Part shown: positions 11,704-19,677 of the stretch, one piece after another
How positions within the stretch are numbered: the first letter of the stretch is position 1
How the letters are laid out: each line of letters opens with the position of its first letter
NCBI GenBank assembly: GCA_023515725.1
Contig: JALDTO010000174.1
Span: 1-19,677, forward strand
DNA: 19,677 nucleotides
Reading direction: 5' to 3'
DNA from: Amoeboaphelidium protococcarum X5
Lineage: Eukaryota; Fungi; Aphelidiomycota
Notes under the pieces: model-generated
Told to the model about the DNA's origin: nothing
Seen by the model: the letters and a program-made list of their open reading frames with translations, nothing else
Databases searched by the model: none
Program-made: the position numbers and the translations under genes

Positions 11704-11978
11704 ATCAGTTTATGAATTATAAGAGATATATATTTTAAAACATAGTGTCGCGCTTTCTAATAATACTTTTAATACTTTTTTTTATTACATACCTTTTTGT
11801 CTGACCTTACGTAAGATGTTAGTTGGCCTTGCATACTTGAAAGATCTAATTGTGATTTTGATGCTGTTTCAGACCACGTTCTGTTTCTTAAATTCTAGTC
11901 GACACGTTAACGTTGTTCATTGTTTCACATTCCATTGTTTCATTCATTACAATATATCACACTTTTACAATCCACATT

Positions 11979-13118
11979 ATGTTGCCAGTTATTGCAGACG
12001 CGTATATTGAAGCTTAGTAATGTTCTCAAGTGTTGAAGAACTTCAAAGACGATCTTCAAGAAGCTGGAAGAGTGTGCAGAATCATTTACTGGAGATTTGG
12101 ATTCAATCTGATGCAAGACTTGCAAGCATTCGAGTTGCACGTTATCACTCCATTCCTGCTAACTGACACATTGAAGCATATAATTGATATTGCAACTACA
12201 AAAATGCACCCAAACAAAGCTTCTGATACTATCTCTGCTGATACACTGTTTTAGCCTTCTAATGACACGCTTGGCTATGACACAATGCAACCTGTCAGTC
12301 CGTACGATTATGAAACGTATTCCGTAAGAAGACTGTGTATTGAGATCTTGAGTGAAATGTCAAACTATGCAAAGTACAGAGCTGCAATTGGCAGACATAA
12401 AGCATTCTTGCCTGAAATGGTTTAAGTTCTAAAAGCTATTGTACATGAAATAAAGTATTCCAATTTATATGTGAATGATTACTTTAAACTGGTAAATTGC
12501 TCATTCATGGCAGAGAGAATTGTAAACCTGCTGGCCAATCTCGCGTTTGATCTGGACTGCTCAAAGTATGATCGAGTCACTCTGACATTTAAAATCCACC
12601 CCTAATCTCTAACAAGCAGGGTGAATCATCAGGCTCGTAAAGTTAAGCCTCTGAAACGGTACGAGACTGATCTGCGGGCCCTCAAGAGCAACCATCAAAT
12701 CTAATAAAAGACTAATAAGAAGCATTTGGTAAACTCGGACACTGTCTGTAGTTATTTGATTGAGAATGTTGCACCATTGCTGCTTTCCAACTTTGACGCG
12801 TTGTTTGGAGATTAAGAAGACCCTGAGATTGAAAGTCTCTGGTCCGTGACAAGATTCATTTCAAACTGCTCAAGATTTTCTTCCAAGATGGTACTGCTAA
12901 AGCTGTCTGTATACAATCCCGTTATGTATTTGTACAGATGCATGTGGAGACTGCAAGACAATCTGATTTATCTGAATGCACAAGAATAAAAGTATGCAAT
13001 AATTTTAGGGGAGATTGAGGCAGCATCAAAAGCCATCCTGTATCTGTCTAATTAATACCACGAAATGCTACGCCTGCATCAATCTTCTCTCTGCTGGGTG
13101 GAATGTTCCGAAGAATGA
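11979..13118 (+). CDS. Uncharacterised 379-aa protein, possibly an ARM/HEAT-like alpha-solenoid
   Basis: 380-codon frame from ATG 11979 to TGA 13116 with no internal TGA. Segments RRLCIEILSEMS, ERIVNLLANLAFD and SLWSVTRFISNCS resemble ARM helix 3. The fold is an inference. Confidence 0.75.
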
Positions 13119-13479
13119 GTTGTGAAACAGTGCGACACGCTCGGCGACGATCGCGACGGTGACACAACGTCCACAGACTTCCATCGCCCAACGTGAAAGA
13201 TTGCTTTGGAAGAAAAGAACATGAACGACGATGATTCTAGGCATTCTATTTTCCCGCACCCCTGATTGTCCCGAGGCGGAGGATTTTTTCAATCTTCTTT
13301 TTTCCATATCTGTGCTCGTGTTTTGTAATTAATAAATTTGTTAATCTTCACATTTATCTCTGGACGTGTTGTGTGTATATTTGTTTATCACCATCTACAA
13401 TCGTAACTATTATTATTGAACATTATCTTATTAGCTCATCAATAAGGAAACAATTTGGCCCTGCTAGTTATTAGTTGTA

Positions 13480-14631
13480 ATGAATACATCGTCGTCGTCC
13501 TTAGAAGAGAAGGAGCAAAGCCAATCGCCCGCGGCCGCCGAGAATGAATGCAAAGCTAAAGAATGGCCGAAAGATGGATCAGATCACCAAGGTTCTGGCG
13601 CGTCTTTGCGCTATGGTTAAAATGGTAATCATAATTATTCTAATGGTACAACTCCGTCTGACTTGCATGCATCTGGGTATTTAAGTCCATTCGGCTTGTT
13701 GATTCCACAGTCCTTCGTAACTCCACCTGATGTGTATCCGTATAATCAGCTGAGTGGTAGTGGTGGATTACCTATGGCTGCTACTGCGCCTACTCTTCCG
13801 TTGGTTAGTCAACAGTTTATAACTCGAGCCTATTAAATGCCTCCTGTTTAGCCATTCTATCTACAACCACTGCACGCTGTTTCTGTTGCTAATGTGCAGA
13901 GAAGAGGCGAGTCTTCTGTACGCGTTCCTGGAGCTGGCACTTCGCTAGCGTAATTGAATACTGAACACTAATCAGTTGAACCTCAGGTCGTTAAAAAGTA
14001 GTAGCGTAACGTTTACATCAAGAATCTCCCCGCTGATGCAACAAACGATAGTTTGAAGGCTTTGTGTTAGAGTTTTGGTAATGTCGAATCTGCCAAGGCT
14101 ATTTTGGAGTAATAAGAGCTCAAATCGGAGACTGGATAGTTACTGACACAGTACGGTAAATGTAAAGGCTATGGATTTTGTCTATTCTAGACTGAACACG
14201 AAGCAGAGAAAGCTATTGCGGGTCTGCAGCAACTTGGTTATATTGCATCCATGGCCAAAGAGTCTGTATCGAAAAAGCTGAAACAATTGGCCGATGAAAG
14301 TACCAGTAACGTTTATCTTTCCAGTCTGCCTTTGTCTGTGGATGATGATCAGCTGAAAGAGATTGGCGAAAGTTTTGGTGAAGTCATGAGTAGTCGCGTC
14401 ATGGTTGATTCTAATGGAAAGTCCAAAGGCGTCGCCTTTATACGTTACGCGTCGCGTTCCAGTGCGTAGGCAGCTATTGATTCTCTCCATGGCAAGCTGT
14501 TGACTGATGAGTGTAAAATTCCTCTACAAGCTCGATTTGCAGATTCCTAGTCCCAGAAGCAATTCAAGAAGCATTATGCTAATCGTCTCTATCAGAAAAT
14601 GTTGTATCACTAGTCACCAAGACAAGAATGA
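13480..14631 (+). CDS. Two-RRM RNA-binding protein, MSSP/RBMS (Shep/Sup-26)-like; 383 aa
   Basis: RRM1 NVYIKNLP...SAKAIL...CKGYGF; RRM2 NVYLSSLPLS...SKGVAFIRY...PLQARFADSQSQK; P/S/Q-rich N-terminus; ends in TGA. Confidence 0.88.
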
Positions 14632-14878
14632 GGATATTGATGGTAACTGATTCGACCAGCACCCACCCACCCATTCACCCACCTATCAAATTAAGTATAT
14701 TAATTTAAAATGTTTTTTCTCATAAGCCTATAATAAATAATATTAACGTATATAAATAAACTATTAAATTTATTTAAAGACTTTTATTAAAAAGTAGTTC
14801 AATATACTGATGCTTTAACTCGCTTTAAGTAATCAGCACCTCGATATTCAGATATAAAAAACCTCACACACCAAATAA

Positions 14879-16159
14879 TCATTTCAATGGGAGCTTGTTC
14901 AAGATTCTCTAATAATCCTCGATAACGTTCTCATAAGTCTCCTATACTGCATCTTTGCGCTCTTCTTCATCATCAATCTCTGCCAGAGCTTCAGCATTCT
15001 TCGAGTAGATGCGCTTCTTTACCCACGTTCTGAACTACGACGAGTTTTGTAAAATGTCATCAACACTTTGATACTGCAATAAGTGGCGTAGTAAGTGAAT
15101 TTCCATTAAAACTTGCATATGCTGAGGTGAGAATTTAAGTTTGATACGCAGCTCTTCAATCTCAGCAGGGGATGGTATTACGTATCTAGAATCCAAAGAA
15201 GTGTTACCAAGGGCATTCTTTAAAGTATTCAGATCGCATATAGTTCGTAAATCACTAAACGCCTCAGTGGGATCTTCAACAGTGATGTCCTTTGCATGAT
15301 CATCTTCTAGAAAACGTTTATACAGATACTTATACATTGCATATCCAACTCCTTGTCCCTGATAGAAAGGCAGGATTAGTGCCTGACTAATTCGTTGTCT
15401 AATCTTATCTGGAAAGCTGTAAAATTTGTAGCAAGTCCAAACTCCAGCTAGTAATTAAATCTTGGAGTGTCCATCCTTCTACTATTTGTATATCAAGTAA
15501 ATGTCCCACTTGTCATCCTCCTCGTCAATGTACGTGGCACCTTCAATGTAGAACAGCATAAAGATTTAAACGCGCCGATACCAAGAATCAAATCCATCGC
15601 TCTGACCAAAAGAAGCTTTATATACATTGAACGTAGTCCCGCCAACTTGAAATTCACCGTCGTATTCACCATACAATGTCCAACTGTCCTCATCATCTTA
15701 GAGCCACTAATGTTCAAACAGAGCGCGGTCGCAAGTCCATTCGCGTCCTTAAACCGCGAGAGGAGACGTTGACGCGCCATCGTTGAGCTGAAGCATTTCG
15801 CGTAACAGAGGCACCACAATGTCCTATACTGGATCTGTCTAGGTAGACTCTGGCATCGGCGTCATTCTACTAGAGTATTCAATCTCGACTAGTGGCCGGA
15901 AGCTTATATAGCTGAACGTTAAACGCAATTTCAGATCCTTGTAACCAATAATTTCTTCATCAAAACCATAGAAAACGTAGGTGAACTTTGGGTGACAAAC
16001 TGCCGTCTCTCTAGCATGACGGCTCATCAGTCGAAGTTCAACCATTTCATTAGTATTGACTCGCCATTAATCATCCACCTGGGATTCATCATCAAACTTT
16101 AATTTCTTCTTACTTGGTGATACCTGCGATTATTAAGAGGTTGTCATCATGAATAGCAT
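14879..16159 (-). CDS. HAT1: Histone acetyltransferase type B catalytic subunit HAT1; about 426 aa (start 16159, 16150 or 16147)
   Basis: HPKFTYVFYGFDEEIIGYKDL, RVQIFMLFYIEGATYIDEEDDKW, RISQALILPFYQGQGVG, DITVEDPTEAFSDLR, VKKRIY. NLS-like PSKKKLK near the N-terminus. Single TGA-free frame. Confidence 0.95.
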
Positions 16160-16345
16160 GGAATTCTTTTTGAAAGAAAAACAACATCCGCAACTGCTTA
16201 TTGACAAGTAACAGAGAAAAAATCTGTTGAAACAAGACAGAGTTAAAGAGAAGATGAGTGAAATCTAAACGCGAATCAACACTTGTATTGTTTTGCATGA
16301 TTTTGACTAGACATCATAAACTCTGTATGTAGACACTACCGTGAT

Positions 16346-19300
16346 TCATTGTGAATTACCAATACCATTAAGGACATCAAAAGAGGAAGCACTAGCGTTA
16401 TCTCCGAGCTTTTACGCCAAAGACTGCTAGTATAATGCAGGAGTGTTGTTACTATTTCTTCTAGATTGACTTGCCTTTATGAGAATGTTAAATTGACACA
16501 GTAGATGACGCGTCACGGCAGTTATTATATCATCTTAACCAATAATTTGAACTCCACCGCCAAATATAAGGTGTACCGCGGTGTTATCAATCACAGAACA
16601 AAGCTCCTTCATATTAGTAACGGTGGGGTCACTTCGCAGTTGTTCAATCTTGTGCAATCGATCAGCGTCCAGCATACCCATAATAAGAGTTGCCAGGGAC
16701 CACATGATGTAGTTCTAAACTCTTTAATCCAGAGGTTCATTTGGTACTTTTCTCATCCATTTGCCGCTTGATTCCAACTATCTATTAGATGCTCCAGTCT
16801 CCCATCGAATCGATAACGGACCAAAATCTTCTCCATCACTGGAGAGTACATTATCGCCAGTCTGTAGATGACCATTAATGATATACAACTCTTTTGAAGT
16901 GAACTGCAAAGTCTACCAACTTAGTTCGACTGACTCCATATTTGCAACAAGAACCGGAGTAGGAAAGGAGCTGCAGCCATCACAGCGACAGCTGCATGAA
17001 GATATCTTTGTCATCTCATCCCTCAGAGCTTGCATAAAATCATCAACTATGCCACCAATCTTTTAGCGATGCATACCAGGAACCGAAATTTACATAATCT
17101 CCGGCATAGAGAGTATAGAACGGAGTTTAACCGCGTTATCTACAGCGAGCAACTACGCCCATTAGCTCTAAATTCCATGCAAGAAAGACTCATACAACAT
17201 TGGCCTACTGGCTGTAAAATGATGGTGACGCAGGGGACAAGAAGTCTTGCGCTAAGAGTCAGATCCATAGTTTGCGGCTTAGTTAACATCATTGGACTTG
17301 AGCGTATCATACGGAGGGATAGAGACACCAGATTTCAAAATCTATTCAATGTGAGCGGATAGCAGCAATAAAGGTACGGACGCATCGCTATTAACTTTCA
17401 GCACTAGGCTCTTATTAGGCCCACTATCCTCCTCAAAATGTTCAAAGCCGATATAACTTTCATTCAGAAGCATCTTGATCATCATAGTAGGCTTCCACTT
17501 CATTGGATTAAATCTATGCACGACAGTTTGTCTAACTTCTTGAGATGCCTTTCTAGCTAATGATGCCAATAATGCCTCCACCTTACGAACGAATGGCAAG
17601 TTCTCCGAGGCAAGCGATATCAACTCCTAACTAAACATCTCCTTGTGCTAACTCTTCATCAAATCTCCATCAGTCAGTTGTAAAGCATTAGCCAAGCGAG
17701 CATTCCTCAACTTGATCTCACACTCTTCCGTGCAATGAAGCTCACTCTGCTTTTATGAAGCCTCAAAACATGGAACCATTTGCTCAATATTGCCACAATT
17801 ACATGCAATTTTGACTTTCTAATCACATTTTGATATTTCATCACACGGTAGAGATGAACCATTCTAAGCATTGTCATGACAAGACAGTCGACATAGATGA
17901 CCACATATCCTTTTTAGGCCGCACACTTACATGCATTTAATATCCTGACAATCGCCACTATGACAGCCACGAGTACATTTATGATGACAATTCGGCAACT
18001 ACTTACCACACAAGTTCTGGCAATGATAATCCCGTCCGCAATACCATTTAGCAGTTTCGCGCCCACAAACGCACCTCTTATCCAGAACCTGAACCAGGCA
18101 CGTAGGACACGGCGTATCAGGAGGATGACAAGGATGCCTCATACCACTTCTACCCAATAGACTAGACGCTAGTTCGGAGGTGAGCTCATAATGACCACAC
18201 TCTCGCGGCCTGGTGCAGGTGAAAGGACATGAAGGCAATTCTTGGCCGCACCTGACAGGGCCCGCCATAACAGTTCTTCCACAAGAACACACATAATTGT
18301 CATCGTAGTCAATAATCAGCGCCGTACACTTTCTACACTTGCCTTTGTGGCATGGATCTTGACACTTGTGAAGCCCACAAGGTAACTGTTTTCCACATAC
18401 CATCTCACATTTATGCTCTTTAAGCTTACAGCAAACCTATTGACACTTGTGCCGCTTACAATCAAACTTTTCGTTACAGACTTTATCGCACAGAAATTAA
18501 AAATCTTCTCTATTCATGTCGACGCATTTAACATTCTTATGTTATGATCCACAGCGACAATATGCGATAACTTGCTGCTGGCATTCATCGTAATGACAAG
18601 CCATTCCTTGCGGATTCATCTAGTCACCATCATTTAAAATGTCAAGTAATAATGGATTATAATGACATTTTAACTTGCAAGATACTTGATGCCCACAATG
18701 CAAAGTACGCTTCTATGGACACTGCGAATCGCATGTCATTATCGGATCAATGCATTTATACCTCTACGCATTCATAGAAGATTATCGACCACATGGACAA
18801 GCTTTGAATCTTTAAGGCGATAGAGGACAAACGGAATGATCACTATCACTTTGAGAATGACACTTGAGAGCACAACGATGGACACCACACGCATAAGCTT
18901 AACCACACGTTCTGCCACACTGATATGGAAGTAGCTATTGACCCAGACCACCGGATACGCATAAAACATCCTTCGAAGATTATCCACAATAGCATTTAAC
19001 GTTGTAAGTCACCGAGCAAGGTCCACAATTACCGGCATGACACGATTTTTAACATTTGTGTTTACCACAGCTCAGCATCTTATCACATTACTAACCACAG
19101 CTCTTCTAGTCCAACAGCTATCCAGCACCTAGCGCCTACTAATCCATAATTAAATCCCGACACTTCAATTGCAGACGCGTCTTTCCACAATAACAACCAC
19201 AAACAGATGGAGGGGCCATTGCATCACAAGGATCGCACGGACCTGCATGACACAAACTAGTGCATTTATGGGGACACTTATACAGCTAAGAACTGGAGCT

Positions 19301-19677
19301 GTCACCAAACAACGAGCGCGATGATGTCTATTGTTAAAGTTTCTACAATCCCAACAATTTCTGACACTACTAGCCACACGAATGAGCGCTCATAAATCTA
19401 TCACCCGCCGGATTTTCCAACTTGCCACAGAAACAGAAATACTTTTTAGGCAGAGCAGATCGCTAGTGCTGACAATTGGGACATCTCCATACCTATTATT
19501 GCTGAGACTGCGTGGATCCGACAGAAGATACAGACTTTACAGAGTGTTGAGCCCACTCAGAGACACATTTCAAGTGCAATACACCATAACAGTTATCACA
19601 GGACCAAATTGCGTCACGGAATCTAACATTTTCACAGCAGATTGAACAAGTATAAACCTCAGCATCAAGTGCCTTCT
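16346..19677 (-). CDS. NFX1: NFX1/FAP1-family RING + NF-X1 zinc-finger protein (5' partial, about 1110 codons visible)
   Basis: RING YTCSICCENV...IWSCDNCYGVLHLKCVSEWA...WRCPNCQ; YFCFCGK; repeated CGxHxCxxxCHxGxC fingers; LHCTEECEIKLRNARLANAL; an R3H-like region. No TGA in frame until 16346. Confidence 0.95.

Noticed and set aside
11816-12010. 64-aa ORF from the track
   Set aside because: AT-rich, no motif, and overlaps the start of the 379-aa gene in another frame; at most a uORF.

Overview
Compact, intron-poor eukaryotic DNA with fungal/holomycotan-like genes that does not use the standard genetic code. TAA and TAG occur in frame throughout conserved genes, repeatedly at invariant glutamine positions, and all 11 gene ends visible in the window are TGA (UAR=Gln, translation table 6). 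The supplied standard-code ORF track is therefore fragmented. Re-translated by hand, the window holds: the 3' end of a cytosolic Hsp70; SUB2/UAP56 helicase (2 introns); a GIG1/DUF3605-like protein; a divergent TBC1D12/14-like protein; bifunctional ATIC/ADE16-17 (1 intron); a hexokinase with an N-terminal membrane anchor; a cytosolic-type aspartate aminotransferase; an unassigned 379-aa helical protein; an MSSP/RBMS-like two-RRM protein; HAT1; and a 5'-truncated NFX1/FAP1. A decayed ~155-bp duplication lies between Hsp70 and SUB2. UAR=Gln in a fungal relative is already known in the aphelid Amoeboaphelidium protococcarum, which is my best but unverified guess for the source. Secondary signals: in-frame backup TGA codons, a polyQ tract written only in TAA/TAG, uneven TAR/CAR usage, and several proteins with altered functional motifs. 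No tRNA, rRNA, CRISPR or intact mobile element was recognised.
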